The notes: generated by a model from the letters alone, not told the origin. A stretch of 64,000 nt of DNA from an uncultured Chloroflexia bacterium (GCA_963828165.1 CAWHDR010000001.1:1312001-1376000); one strand, 5' to 3'; counted from the stretch's first letter, positions 30,391 to 42,730 are shown. Made by a program: numbers and translations.

Positions 30391-32496
30391 TCAGACAGCT
30401 GGCTGGCCCGTCTCCGGGATGAGGCCCGTACCTGGGGCATCGTCCTCTTCGACCAATTCCCGATCGGCGAGCAACCGGACACGCGTAGCCAGGAGCCAGG
30501 CGGCCGCGTAGAGCGCGCCCACGATCCCGAGCAGCCAGCCATAGCCGCTGATCAGGGCCACGTATTCGATCGCACCCCCCACAACAGCGCCGAGCAGGTT
30601 CGACGCGAACGCCATGTCGGCCACCTTGGTGTCGCGGAACGAGTAGCTGAAGACGAGGTTCGCGAAGAAGATCGGAGCAAACGCGAGCGCTGAGGCCAGG
30701 ACGTATCGAAGCCAGATCGGCTCGATCAACAGGGACGACGGCGGGAGCACGACCGCGAGCGCCAGGGAGCCAAATAGCGCCGCGTACAGGAACGCCGGGT
30801 TCCGGAACCGCCATCGACGGTTGACGGCGATGGCCAGCAGGACGCTTGCGAGTACGGCAAAGAACACGAGCGCGTTGACGAGCCACGTCGTTCCGAACAG
30901 CAGACTGAAGGTCGCGAGGCTCTTCGTCTCGAGGAGGAGGAATGCCACGCCGAGCACGAAGAAGTGGGGGCTGAAGTCGCGCAGCGACGTCCCGCTCCGG
31001 ACGGCCGCGCGCCCGACGATCAGCACCGCGAAAGCGATGATGATCGAGAGAGCGAGGATGTAATAGGGCGCGACGAACCGGTCCTTGAGGTACAGGAACG
31101 GCCAGTCGTCGGTCGCCGCGGCTGGGGCAGCCGACAGGTCGAGGTGTTCCGCCGCCTCGCCGGGCGGTGATCCGCCATCGAGCGACGAAATCAGCGGGCC
31201 GGCAGCGAAGGTCAGCGCCACCGAGCCGTATTGCCGGACGATGGGCGGACTCCCGAAGCTGTCGTCGAGCATCCCGGCGATCTTCTGCGGCAGCCACTCC
31301 TCCCGGTAGAAGTTGTAGAGCACGAACACGCCGTCCGGGGATAGCCGATCGCGTACCTCGTCAAAGGCCTCCGATGTGAACAGGTACGACTCGAGACGCA
31401 GGTTCGCCGACGTGCTGACGAGGGTGAGTGAATCGGGAAGGGCGAAGATCACGAGGTCGTACTCGTCCGTGCTGCGTCGCAGGAACGCTCGGCCGTCGTC
31501 GACGACGCGTCGTACTCGCGGGTCGTCGTACGGGCGGTTCGGATGGTTCCGGACGCCGATGTCCTGGATCCGTCGGGTCGATCTCCACGGCATCGATGCT
31601 CGATGCGCCGTGCTTGAGCGCGACGGCCGCGTCGGTACCGGAACCGGCCCCGACGATGAGCACCCGATCGAAGGTCCGCTCCGGGAACCACCGATAGATC
31701 TGCTCGTAGAAGGGGTCGATCAGCTTGTCGAGCGGCCACATGCCCTGGTGCGGGATGCCGTTCACGCTGATGGCTCCGACTCCCTGGGCTCGGTATTCCT
31801 CGATGCGGTAGTACGGGGACCACGTCTGGTTGGACGGCGTGCTGACGACAGACCAACGCGAGGACGACGCCGAGCGAGGCTGCCGTGACAGTCGAAGATG
31901 GACGCAGTCCAGACCCCAGACCCATCAGCGACGACCAGGACCGCCACGACGCAGAACCACACGAACGGGGGCGTCCCTGCGGCGGAGAGGACCGTGAAGA
32001 AGGCGACACCTGTCATGGACCCGAGGATGTCGATGGAGTACGCCTTGAGCGGTGGCATCGACTTCAGGAGTCCGCCGAGCGGGATGGCAAGCCCGCCATG
32101 ATCACGGTCGCGAGCATCACCATCGCCGGCAGGACCAGGAAATTGATGTCGGCGCCGGTGCTTTCCGACAGGCCGAAGAAGATCTCGTCGGGCGAGGTGA
32201 GCTCGATCCTGACCTGGAATTGGGTCACGAGCACGACCAGCGCCAGCAACACCGGGCCGAACGGGGAGATCTGGATCGCGGTCAGGGTCGCGACCCCAGA
32301 GGATGCCGACGCCGATCCCGAGGAAGGACGCCATCAGCAGGAAGTTCCGGAAGTAACCGACGTAGATGACTTGTGCCGGGATCCAGCGGATGAGCAGCAG
32401 CTCGACGAAGAGGATCGTCGTCGCCGTCAGGAATAGGCGGATCTCGGGGCGGCGAAGGACCCCAGGGGCCCCGAAACGCGCGGACACGGACGTCAT
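30391..32496 (-). CDS. Membrane-bound spermidine-synthase-like protein (frameshifted)
   Basis: LFVELLLIRWIP, VLIVGAGSGTD, AVEIDP, DDGRAFL, DSLTL and ATDDWPFLYL motifs across frames. Confidence 0.8.
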
Positions 32497-32594
32497 TCGG
32501 CGGAGCATAGCGTCCGGACTTGGCCCCGGGATGGCCCGAAGGTCCCAGTTGCGGCCGCAACCATCAAAGGGGCCTCGATGCTATCCTCGCGAAG

Positions 32595-33788
32595 ATGACC
32601 GCCCTCGTCCTCGACGCTGAGCCCGCATGTCCCGGGGCCGCCGAGGCCCTCCCCGACACCACCGATCGTGCGCTCCGCACGTTGCGCGCCGAGCGCCGTC
32701 CCTTCGATGCGATCGCGCGCGAGGACTGGGATCGCATCGCGGCACGGACCCCGTGGGCGACCGTCTTCTCCTCGTGGGCATTCCACCGCGCCTGGTGGGA
32801 TGCCTACGCCGCCAATGCGCACGACGAGACCCTCGCCATCGTTCCGGCCGATGCTCCGCCCGGTGCCGCTCCCGTCGCGATCGTGCCCCTCATGCATCGC
32901 CACGAGGTCGAGCCCTCGGACGCGCTCACCCACACGCGGATGCGCCACGGGCGGGATCTCGCGCTGACACCCGTCGCGCCGACGGACACGGCCGTGTTCT
33001 TCGGAGCCTCCTACCACGCCGACTACGCGACGATCCTCGCGGACCCGTCCGACCTGCCTGCCGTCGCTGCAGCGACCGCCGCCTACCTGGCGGGTCCGGA
33101 CGCGGACGAGTGGGACGTGGTCGACCTGCGACGACTGCGCTGCGCCGACCCGGCCGGTGACCAGCTGGCGGCCGCCTGGGCGCGCCTCGAGATGGCGAAC
33201 GACTGGACGCTCACCGTGGAGCGGGAGGACGTCTGCCCGGTCGTGACTTTTCCGGACGGCGTCGACATCGAAGGATTCCTCGCGACGCTCGGCAAGAAGG
33301 AGCGGCACGAGATCCGGCGCAAGGTCCGTCGCGCACAAGCCGTTGGCGAGATCCGCCTCGAGGACTCCGCCGACCCACTCGCCGACCTGGAAACCTTCAT
33401 CGCCCTGCACCAGAAGCGTTGGGGGGACGACGGCCTGTTCCCGGCGACCCCGGGGGGCGAGCAGAGCCGCGTGTTCATCCGCCGCCTGTTCGAACTGTTC
33501 GGGTCCGACGGCCCCCTTCGTCTGACCTTCCTCACGGTCGGCGGCCGGTGCATCGCGAGCGGGATCCACTTCGAGACCAGGGACTGCCTGCTGTACTACA
33601 ACGCCGGGGTCGACCCCGACGCGCGCGACCTCTCGCCGGGCGTCCTGATGATCCATGCCTACGTTTCGCGGGCCCTCGCGAACGGGACGCGACGGATGGA
33701 CTTCCTGCGGGGCAATGAGTCGTACAAGTACGAGTGGGGCGCCGTCGACGAGCCGATCCAGCGCATCCTCGTGCGACGAAGGGTCTGA
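32595..33788 (+). CDS. GNAT acetyltransferase, CelD/BcsL-like
   Basis: HADY, YYNAGVDP, SPGVLM and MDFLRGNESYKYEWG motifs. Confidence 0.85.
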   Translation: MTALVLDAEPACPGAAEALPDTTDRALRTLRAERRPFDAIAREDWDRIAARTPWATVFSSWAFHRAWWDAYAANAHDETLAIVPADAPPGAAPVAIVPLMHRHEVEPSDALTHTRMRHGRDLALTPVAPTDTAVFFGASYHADYATILADPSDLPAVAAATAAYLAGPDADEWDVVDLRRLRCADPAGDQLAAAWARLEMANDWTLTVEREDVCPVVTFPDGVDIEGFLATLGKKERHEIRRKVRRAQAVGEIRLEDSADPLADLETFIALHQKRWGDDGLFPATPGGEQSRVFIRRLFELFGSDGPLRLTFLTVGGRCIASGIHFETRDCLLYYNAGVDPDARDLSPGVLMIHAYVSRALANGTRRMDFLRGNESYKYEWGAVDEPIQRILVRRRV

Positions 33789-33789
33789 C

Positions 33790-34993
33790 ATGAGCCCCGA
33801 CGCGACGAAACCCCTGCCTCGACACGCTGGCGCGACCGGTGCCCTCGGGAGACCGACGGATCCGCGTCGTCGAGGTGCTCGCGACCGGGACCAACGGTGG
33901 CGCCCAGGAGCACCTGTACGGGCTCGTGACCCGGATCGACCCGACTCGCTACGACGTGTCGATCGTGGCGTTGTCGCCGGGAAGTGCCGTCCGCAAGCTC
34001 CAGCGAGCCGGCTTCGACGTGCTGGTCATCGACGAACCGGACGACGCGATCGCGGTCGGCGCCCTGGCGGCCCACATGGTGGAGGTCCGCCCCGACGTCA
34101 TCCACAATCACATGTATCGCGCCGAGCTCGTCGGCACGCGGGCGGCGATCGCGCTCGGCGAGATCGGCCATCGGAAGCCGTATGTCGTGTCGACCGTCCA
34201 CTCGAGCCGGATCCGGTCCGATGAGGATCGCCAGATGCTGCGCGAGCTCACGCCTCGGATGGACCAGTTGATCGCGGTCTCGAAGATGATGGAGCGCAAG
34301 CTCATCGATGAGGGCCGGACGGCGACGCCGGTGCGGCTCATCTACAACGGCGTCGACCTCTCGCCCTACGACGAACAGGAGCCGTGCTGCACACTGCCCG
34401 AGGAATACGGGATGGAGCCCGGTTCGCAGATCGTCGGCGTGGTCGCGCGGCTGGAGCCGGAAAAGGGTCATCCGACGCTGCTGGAGGCCTGGCCACAGGT
34501 TCTGCGCTCCGTGCCAGACGCCTATCTCCTGATCGTCGGCGAGGGATCGAGGCGAGAGGCGCTCGAGGCGCAGGCACGCCACCTGCGGATCGCCCATCGG
34601 GTCGTATTCACTGGCCGCCGTGACGACGTCCCAGCCGTGACCGCAGCCCTCGACGTGGCCGTCCTGCCGTCGTACCGCGAGGCGCAGGGCCTTTCGATCC
34701 TGGAGGCGATGGCGCTGTCGCGCCCGGTCGTCGCATCCGACGTCGGCGGCATCCCCGAGATGATCACCGATGGCGTCACGGGCCTCCTGGTCCCGCCCCA
34801 TGACGCTGACGCGCTCGCCGGCGCGATCACCCGGCTCCTGCTCGACCACTCCCTTGCCGACACGATCGCTCGAGCCGCGCACGACATGGTCCACGATCGC
34901 TTCTGCATCCAGCTGATGGTCGATGCCATCGAGGCGATCTACGACGAGGGCGCCGCCGCCGTGCGCCCGTCTGAGGTTGCAGCCGCCGTCTGA
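33790..34993 (+). CDS. GT4 glycosyltransferase (ATG at 33790 needs one indel; alternative GTG at 33839)
   Basis: GGAQ, YNGVD, VARLEPEKG and EAQGLSILEAMA motifs. Confidence 0.9.
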
Positions 34994-35200
34994 GTCGGCT
35001 GTCCGGCCGCTCGCCACCAGTGGCGCGATCGTACGTGAAGCCCCGCTCGCGGAATGTGGTGCGTCGATGCGGTCGGAGGACTCCATCGGGGCTGGTCAGA
35101 GGTAGTACTAACGGCTACTCTTCGGCCTCGGGTGGTCGGGCATTCTGTTGCGCGAGCATCTATCCACGAGCCGGTGGCGCCCGGCTGGGAGGCGAGAGAA

Positions 35201-36145
35201 GTGGATGGCGTACGGATCGGAAGGGGTCGTGCCGTCCCGCTCGACCGTCGACGCAGCGAAGCTGCGCTCTGGCCCGGCGTCGGGCGGATCGGTATCCGTC
35301 GGCTTACCTGGGAGCCCGACCTCAGTCGGGACGCGATGCTGCTGATCGGGATCCTTGTTGGCCTTGCCCAGGCAGGGGGCTGGTTCGCCGTACCCGTTGA
35401 TGCGCTCGCCTATTGGCAAGCGGGAACATCGACCAGCCTCTATCCGGAGACGTGGTCGGAGGTCGGCAACGGCTATCTCTTCTACCCACCGCCGGTGGCC
35501 CAGATCTCGACATTGCTCCAGCCAATCGGATGGCCCGCGTTCATCCTCCTGCTGACGGCCGCGACCTTCGCCGCGTTCTGGTACTGCGCCAGGCGCTGGT
35601 CACTTCCGCTTGTCGTGCTCGGAATCCCATACTTCCTCGGCATCGGCCCGGACCTGCCCGGGATGTTCCTGGCATATGCATTGATCGGCAATCTCCAGTG
35701 GATCCTCGCCGCGCTCGCGATCATGGCGTTGCGCCATCCCGCACTCTGGGCCGTCGAGCTCGTCACGAAGATCACCGCCGCGATCGGCTGGTGGTGGCAC
35801 CCGATCCGTGGCGAGTGGCGCGCCGGGGCGATCGGGGCAGGGTCGAGTGCCGTCCTCATCGGCGTCTCGTTCGCGCTCGCCCCTCAACTCTGGTTCGATT
35901 TCATCGACTTTGCGATGCGCAATGGCACGATGGCCGACCCGCCGTTCCCGCAGTTCCCGATCCCATTCGGCATCCGTCTCGCGACCGCCGTACCCGTGCT
36001 CGTCTGGGGCGCTCGGACGAACAGAGCCTGGACCGTCCCCGCGGTCGTGGGCTGGTCCCTGCCTGCCGTGCACACCGCCGGCTTCCTGCCATTCTGGGTG
36101 GCCGCGTGGCAGGTGAGGAGCGCCTCCAAGGCGCTGGCCGCGTAG
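35201..36145 (+). CDS. GT87-like membrane glycosyltransferase, close paralog of 27019-27966
   Basis: PVDALAYW, YLFYPPPVAQ, GNLQWILAAL and TKIT motifs; start uncertain. Confidence 0.7.
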   Translation: MDGVRIGRGRAVPLDRRRSEAALWPGVGRIGIRRLTWEPDLSRDAMLLIGILVGLAQAGGWFAVPVDALAYWQAGTSTSLYPETWSEVGNGYLFYPPPVAQISTLLQPIGWPAFILLLTAATFAAFWYCARRWSLPLVVLGIPYFLGIGPDLPGMFLAYALIGNLQWILAALAIMALRHPALWAVELVTKITAAIGWWWHPIRGEWRAGAIGAGSSAVLIGVSFALAPQLWFDFIDFAMRNGTMADPPFPQFPIPFGIRLATAVPVLVWGARTNRAWTVPAVVGWSLPAVHTAGFLPFWVAAWQVRSASKALAA

Positions 36146-36192
36146 GCCGACGAGAACGTTTCGGCCGACTGTGTGCTAGTCGGCGGTGGCAA

Positions 36193-37092
36193 TCACCCGC
36201 TCGGGGTCGCTAATGCCGGTACCGCCGCCGCGCGTGCGAGACGCGCCCGCCGTGCCCGCCACCAGATCTCGATCGCGGCCACGATCGCGGCGACGGCCGG
36301 GCCACCCTGGACCGGTGCCGCCAGGATTGCCGCCGTGAGCGGTGTCAGGGCGGGCAACGCCATCAGGGAGTAGTACCACTGGGTCGAGGGCCACAACGCC
36401 GGGATGAACCACCACGATGCGCGCTGACGGCCCATCGCGATCAGGGCTATCACCGCGAACGGCACGAGCACCGGAAAGAACCACGCCGACATCCCGCCCT
36501 GCGACTGTTCCGAGAGCAGCGTCGATGTCTCCGACAGCCGACTGAGCCAGAGGCCCCACGGGAGCAACGGCGCTGTCACGAGCACGATCGCGCCCGACAC
36601 GATGACCGCCCTGAGCCGCAGCTGGATGATCAGCGGAACGATCGCATAGACCTTGACGATCGGCGCGAACCAGGCTGCGCCACCGATCAGCAAGGGGACC
36701 AGGAAGAGCTGCGGGTTGCCGTTCCACAGGTTGTCCACGAGCGGGGGCCACGTGATCCACCACCACGGCAGGCCGAGCCGCCGCAGCGTCCAGACCGACG
36801 CGGTGAGCGATAGCATGAACAGGACCGCCAATCCGACGGGCTCCGGCAGGAGCGCGAACGGGGCCATCGGCAGGAGCGACGGCGGCGCGGCTGCGAAGTA
36901 GAGCGTCGTCATGTGGACCGACCAGGGGTCCTCTCCCCGCAGCCAAGCCGCCGTCCCGCGCAGGTACAGCGTCGAGTCGGAGAAGGGATCCGCGGTCGCG
37001 AGATGAGCGAGGCGCATCACGGACAACGTGATGAACCAGGCGGCGAGGGCCGCGTCGCCGACGCGGCCCCAGCGGATGGCCGTGGCGTGCAC
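36193..37092 (-). CDS. GT87-like membrane protein
   Basis: SDSTLYL, AAPP, NGN and VKVY motifs; multi-TM. Confidence 0.55.
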   Translation of the reverse strand: MHATAIRWGRVGDAALAAWFITLSVMRLAHLATADPFSDSTLYLRGTAAWLRGEDPWSVHMTTLYFAAAPPSLLPMAPFALLPEPVGLAVLFMLSLTASVWTLRRLGLPWWWITWPPLVDNLWNGNPQLFLVPLLIGGAAWFAPIVKVYAIVPLIIQLRLRAVIVSGAIVLVTAPLLPWGLWLSRLSETSTLLSEQSQGGMSAWFFPVLVPFAVIALIAMGRQRASWWFIPALWPSTQWYYSLMALPALTPLTAAILAAPVQGGPAVAAIVAAIEIWWRARRARLARAAAVPALATPSG

Positions 37093-37179
37093 GTCCGCAA
37101 ACTACATGGAACCGACGACGCCGGATGCGGGACTTTCGAACTGGTGCGTACCGGCACCGCGGCGCGCTAGCATCCCGGC

Positions 37180-38631
37180 GTGTCACTGAACCGACTATGG
37201 ACGTTCCTGGCCGTTGCCCTGCCCGTCCTGGCAGCGCTCCTTGCCAGCCTCTCGTCGGTCGATCTCGCCTACCATCTGCGTGCCGGCGATGAGATCGCCC
37301 GGACGGGCGCGATCCCGCGCGTTGACACGTGGACATTCACCGCGGACCGCCTTCCTTGGCTCGACCAGCAATGGGGGTCGCAGGTCATCCTCTCGGCGGT
37401 CTACCGTATCGCTGACTGGACGGGCCTCGCGCTGGTTCGAGCGGGGCTCGTGGGCGTGGTCTTCACGGCAATACTCTCGATCGGGCTCCGACGCGGCCTG
37501 TCGCCGAGGAACGCGGGGCTCCTGACTCTCGGCGCGTTCGCCGTCGCGGCGCCGGCACTCGCGCTTCGGCCGCAGTTGCTGGGCATGGCCTGCTTCGCGA
37601 TCCTGCTCGTTCTTGTGTCGGAGCGGCGCCGCCATCCGGCCGCTTTCTGGGCGATCCCCTTCCTGGTGCTCGTGTGGGCGAACCTCCACGGTAGCTTCTT
37701 CCTCGCGCCCGTCGTGCTCGGCCTCGCCTGGCTCGACGACGTGGCCGAACGCCGGCCTGGAGCGCACCGGACGCTCCTCATCGCGCTCGTGAGCGTCGCG
37801 GCGTCGTCCTTGACGCCCTTTGGTCCCGCCGTGTGGGGCTACGCGGTCGGGCTGTCGACGAACCCTGAAGTGGCAAGCCGTATCACGGAATGGCAGCCGC
37901 CCACGATCCGGGATGGGACCGGCATCCTGTTCTTCCTGTCGGTCGCCGCGGTCGTCATGTTGATGGCACGGAGCGGGCGCGCCGTTCCGTGGCCCACCCT
38001 GGCATGGATCGGCGTGTTCGCGGCGCTCGGGCTCTACGCGCAGCGCGGCCTCGCCTGGTGGTCGCTCGCGGGTGCCGTGGCGGTCATCGGCCTGCTCCCA
38101 CCGGCCGCTGATACACCCGAGCTCGTAACGCCTCCGACCCTGCGGCGTCTCAACGTCGCCGTGGCGGCGATACTGGTGCTGGCCGGTATCGCGCTGCTCC
38201 CGATGTGGCGCCCGATCGAGGCGGGGACCGGAGTGCCGGTCGGCGTCCTGACGGACGCGCCGCCGGGCGTCACGGCCGCCCTCCGAGGTGCGGCGCAACC
38301 CGGTGACCACGTCTTCAACCCACAGCCGTGGGGCTCATGGTTCGAGTTCGCGCTGCCGGACCTGAAGGCGGGACTCGATTCCCGGATCGAGTTCTTTCCG
38401 ACCGTGGTCTGGGAGGACTATGAACTGGTCGTGGCGGGAGGCGCCGGCTGGGAGGAACGCCTGGCCGCGTGGAAGGTGTCGATCGTCGTCGTCCAGGCGG
38501 CGGATAGCGGCTTCCGGGATCGGCTGATCGCCGCCGGCTGGACGAGAGGTCTACGACGACAACGAGGGCACGATCCTCATGGATCGGCGACTCCGGTGCG
38601 CTCGTCGCTGCGTTGCACGCTTGGCCCATGA
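37180..38631 (+). CDS. Multi-pass membrane protein, probable GT-C glycosyltransferase
   Basis: DLAYHLRAG, LRPQL, WANLHGSF, TPFG, ITEWQP and DSR motifs. Confidence 0.7.
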   Translation: MSLNRLWTFLAVALPVLAALLASLSSVDLAYHLRAGDEIARTGAIPRVDTWTFTADRLPWLDQQWGSQVILSAVYRIADWTGLALVRAGLVGVVFTAILSIGLRRGLSPRNAGLLTLGAFAVAAPALALRPQLLGMACFAILLVLVSERRRHPAAFWAIPFLVLVWANLHGSFFLAPVVLGLAWLDDVAERRPGAHRTLLIALVSVAASSLTPFGPAVWGYAVGLSTNPEVASRITEWQPPTIRDGTGILFFLSVAAVVMLMARSGRAVPWPTLAWIGVFAALGLYAQRGLAWWSLAGAVAVIGLLPPAADTPELVTPPTLRRLNVAVAAILVLAGIALLPMWRPIEAGTGVPVGVLTDAPPGVTAALRGAAQPGDHVFNPQPWGSWFEFALPDLKAGLDSRIEFFPTVVWEDYELVVAGGAGWEERLAAWKVSIVVVQAADSGFRDRLIAAGWTRGLRRQRGHDPHGSATPVRSSLRCTLGP

Positions 38632-38849
38632 CACAGGCTCGACGCGACATGCGACACGGCCTATGGCATCGTGACTTCGGCACAGGCAACTTAGCGCACC
38701 GACCGCTGCCTCTGACTACGCTTGAGCGTGCCTTCGGTTGATAAGCGACCGCGTACCGGGACGCTTGGCACATGACCGCAACGCAGGTAGGGGCCGTGGA
38801 CTTGATCGAGACGTCAGTTGACGTGACACGAGGCGGCGGGACACGTTCG

Positions 38850-39800
38850 ATGCATTCCCGGTCGAGATCTTGTGATCGTCCCGGTGTATCGCTCGGCGGC
38901 GATCCTTCCGAACTGCACGCCGCCTCATCGAGGCTCTCGAGACCATCGCCAACCGATACGAGATGGTCTTCGTGGAGGACGCCGGCGGAGAGGAGTCCTG
39001 ATCTGTGATCGAGAATCGTGCGTGGCGACACGCGCCTTAGCGGTATCGGATGAGCCGCATCTACGGACAGCACAACGCGCTGCTGTGCGGGATCCGGGAC
39101 GCGCGCTACGAGATCGTCGTCACCCTTGATGACGATCTGCAGAACCCACCGGAAGAGATCGGCAAGCTCGTTGGACTGCTTATTGCCGATGACATGGACG
39201 TCGTCTACGGCACGCCCAGCCACGGACAGCACGGTTTCCTGCGCGACCAGGGCTCACACGATCACGAAACTGGCGCTTAAAGCGCGATGGGTGCCGAGAC
39301 GGCTCGGCATGTCAGTGCGTTCAGGGCCTTCCGCACCCGCCTCCGGGACGCATTCGAAGCGTATGGGGGGCCTGTACGTTTCGATCGACGTGCTGCTGAC
39401 CTGGGGGACGACGCGCTTCTCCCACGTGTCCGTTCGGCACGATGCACGCAGAAGTCGGCAGCTCCAACTACACAATGCGCACAGCTCGCCACGCACGCCT
39501 TGAACATCATGACCGGCTTCAGCACGCTGCCGTTGCAGAGCGCCAGCGCTGCTCGGGTTTGTATTGACGCTGTTCGGCGTGGCGGATCCTAGCGGTCGTG
39601 CTGAGCGTCGTACATCGTTTGCGGCAGGCAGAACGGTGCCTGGGTTCGCGTTCCTGCCTCCATCATCGCGATATTCAGCGGCGCGCAGATGTTCGCGCTT
39701 GGCATCATCGGCGAACATCTAGCATGGAACGCACACGAGCGTGGCTCGGCCGGTAGACGGCTTCTATCAGATCGGCATCAACTGACGCCGGTAGAGCCTG
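38850..39800 (+). CDS. ArnC/GtrB-like GT2 lipid-carrier glycosyltransferase (multiply frameshifted; end approximate)
   Basis: IVPVYRS, YGQHNALLCG, TLDDDLQNPPEEI and FSGAQMFALGIIGE fragments. Confidence 0.75.
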
Positions 39801-39821
39801 CTCGACGAGGGTCCATACAAG

Positions 39822-40600
39822 ATGCTGTCACGCAGCACCCGCGCGGTATCGAGAAAGCCGGTGCCGCGATTGAGTGCACCCTGGTTCCGTGGGACTCGGA
39901 AATCTTCGGATTCCCGGTGGCACAGATCACCCGAATGGAGCTGCGACGAGGGGGCAAAGACCGAGGACCTATTGAGCGCATTCGACGCCTGGTGTGCGGA
40001 TCGAAATGTTCGACTTAGTGTCCTGTCGGCTCGACCATGCGCAACTCCGGGAATTTATGGTTCTCGAAGGTATCGGCTTTCGTTTCGTGGAGGTGGTGCA
40101 CTCAGTGCGGCTCGATACCTTCGATGCTGCCATCACCCCGCGCCACCAGATCCAAGTCTTGAGTGCAGCGGCCGACGACCTGGCCTCCATCGAAGAGATC
40201 GCATACGCGGCGTTCGAGACGGGCCGCTTCCTGCTCGACTGGCGCCTCCAACCTGAGCTCAGCAAACAGCGCTACGCGACCTGGGTGCGCAACAGCTTTC
40301 AAACGCCCGGCCAATCCGTGCTCAAAGCCGAGGTTGGATGGAGATCTCATCGGGTTTTTGATTGTCGAAATCCGTGACGATGGGAGCGTGTACTGGCACC
40401 TTACCGCCATCGCCCCGGGGTGGCAGGGGAAAGGCTTGGGCATGAGCTTGTGGCAGACCATGCTCATAAGGCATCGGGCAGAAGGAGCGAGCTCCGTTGA
40501 AACCACGATCTCGGCTCACAATCTGCCGGGGTCTAAATCTGTACGCCCGGTTTGGGCTTTGCCTCAGCTTCTGCACAGATGACATTCCATTGGCTACGGG
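39822..40600 (+). CDS. WecD/RffC-like GNAT acetyltransferase (frameshifted; end approximate)
   Basis: VPWDSEIFG, GRF..D, RYATWVRNS, WQGKGLG and TISAHN fragments; next to wecE. Confidence 0.65.
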
Positions 40601-40678
40601 ATCCCGGCCAATGATCGAGGGGGGCGGACTTCGCGCAAGTCGACGGATGTCGCCCGACAGCGGACCGGTCCTAGTCGG

Positions 40679-41586
40679 ATGAGGGTCTGCAGCGCCTGCG
40701 GCTCGGATGCGGTGCACGGATGCCTGGGTCTGCGCGACTGTGGCAACAAGCCCGAGGTTGTGGGCGGATTCACTTGATTCACTACGGCGTTGTCATCGGA
40801 GCGAGCAGGCTTTCGGGAAGAGTTCTTCGCCGATCTGGACGACCGTAGAGGCGGGCAGTTTCTGGTTTCAGGCTCGCAGCGCATCTCATCATGTGGGCCA
40901 TGGAGAGAGTATTTCCCCGAGCCCCGGTAGCTTCTTCGAAATCGGATGCGGCACCGGCTTCGTTCTCAGCGGAATCCGGTCCGCATTTCCAGCGACGAAG
41001 CTCTACAGGAAGTGAAATCTTCGCGGCAGGTTTGGAGTTTGCGGCGAAACGCGTGCCTATCCGCGTCAGCTCTACCAGATGGATGCGAGCGAACATCACG
41101 TTCCGGGAAGAGTTCGATGTGGTCGGGGCATACGACGTCCTCGAACATATCGATGAGGACGAGGTGGTCATAAGAGGAAGTCGCTAAAGCTCTTCGCCCT
41201 GGCGGTGGGTCTCCTCATCTCCGTCCCGCAGCATCCCGGCTTGTGGAGCGCGCAAGACGAGCACGCATTCCACGTCCGCCGATATGTCGGGAGGGAGCTT
41301 CATAGCAAGGTCGAGGGGCGGGTTCGCCGCCCGTTCGAATGACTTCATTCGTGTCATTCTCCTCCCGGTGATGCTCACCTGTCAGTCTACTGATGCGGGC
41401 CCCGAAGGACGAGATCGGGGAGTTCGACGCGATCGATACCCTACGGCTGCCACGCTTGGTCAACAAGGCGCTCGAAGCCGTGATGACGCTCGAGCGTGTT
41501 CTCATCCGCCACGGGATGTCATTCCCAGCTGGGGGATCGCTCTGCTGGTCGGCCGTAAGCGCGAGATCGCTCAAGGGCGGCCGTGA
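40679..41586 (+). CDS. Class I SAM-dependent methyltransferase (frameshifted)
   Basis: EAGSFWF, FEIGCGTG, YDVLEHI, SVPQHP.LWS..D...HVRRY and PAGGS fragments. Confidence 0.75.
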
Positions 41587-42730
41587 TCCCCTTCAATAGG
41601 CCGTTCATGACGGGGCGAGAGCTCTCGTACATCGCACAGGCGCACGCCAACGGGCACCTTGCGGGAAACGGAGAGTTCTCCAAGCGGTGTTCTGCGTGGC
41701 TCGAGGACCGCGTCGGGAGCTCAGCAGGGCGCTGCTGACGCACTCGTGCACCGCCGCGCTGGAGATGGCCGCGCATCCTGACGGTCTCGGGGCCGGGCGA
41801 CGAGGTGATCATGCCGTCGTTCACGTTCGTCTCGACGGCCAACGCCGTTCGCGCTGCGCGGCGCGACGCCCGTCTTCGTCGACGTCCGCGCCGGACACCC
41901 TGAACCTCGACGAGTCGCTGCATCGAGGCGGCCATCACGCCGCGCACGCAAGGCGATCGTGCCCGTCCACTACGCCGGCGTCGGCTGCGACATGGACGCG
42001 ATCATGGCCGATCGCCGATCGCGCACGAGCTGCGTGGTCATCGAGGACGCCGCGCAAGGCTCTGCTGGCCAGCTATCGACGGCCGGCCGCTCGGTGGCAT
42101 CGGCGACACTGCGGCGCTCTCAGCTTCCACGAGACCAAGAACGTCATCTGCGGCGAGGGCGGGGCGCTGCTCGTCAACGACCCCGCGCTGATCGAGCGGG
42201 CCGAGATCCTCCGGGAGAAGGGCACCGAACCGGAGCCAGCTTCTTCCGCGGCGAGGTGGACAAGTACACCTGGGTCGACATCGGCTCCTCTTATCTGCCC
42301 GGCGAGATCGTCGCCGCGTTCCTGTGGGCGCGATGGAGAGGCCGACGCGATCACCGCCCGCCGCATGGACATCTGGCAGGCCTACCACGACGCTTCGTCG
42401 AAGCTCGAGGCCGAAGCTCGTTCGCGTCCGGTCGTTCCGGAGCGACTGTCGAGCACAACGCCCACCTGTACTAGTGCTGTTGCCGGAGCGAGCCGTCGCG
42501 GCGCCGTCATCGAACGCGTCTCGTCGCCAACGCGGCATTCAGGCCGGTGTTCCACTACGTGCCCCTGCACACCTCGCCATTCGGCCGATGCGGCCGGACG
42601 CTACGTGGGCGCCATGAGGAACACGGTCGAGGTCAACGAGCGGTTGCTGCGCCTACCGCTCTGGCTCGGTCTCGAAGACCAGCAAGATTTGGTTATCGCA
42701 GAGGTGATCGAGGCCGTCCAGGCGAATTGA
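41583..42730 (+). CDS. wecE: dTDP-4-amino-4,6-dideoxygalactose transaminase (frameshifted)
   Basis: MIPFNRPF, THSCTAALEM, SFHETKNVICGEGG, DKYTWVDIGSSYLP and FHYVPLH motifs. Confidence 0.88.
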
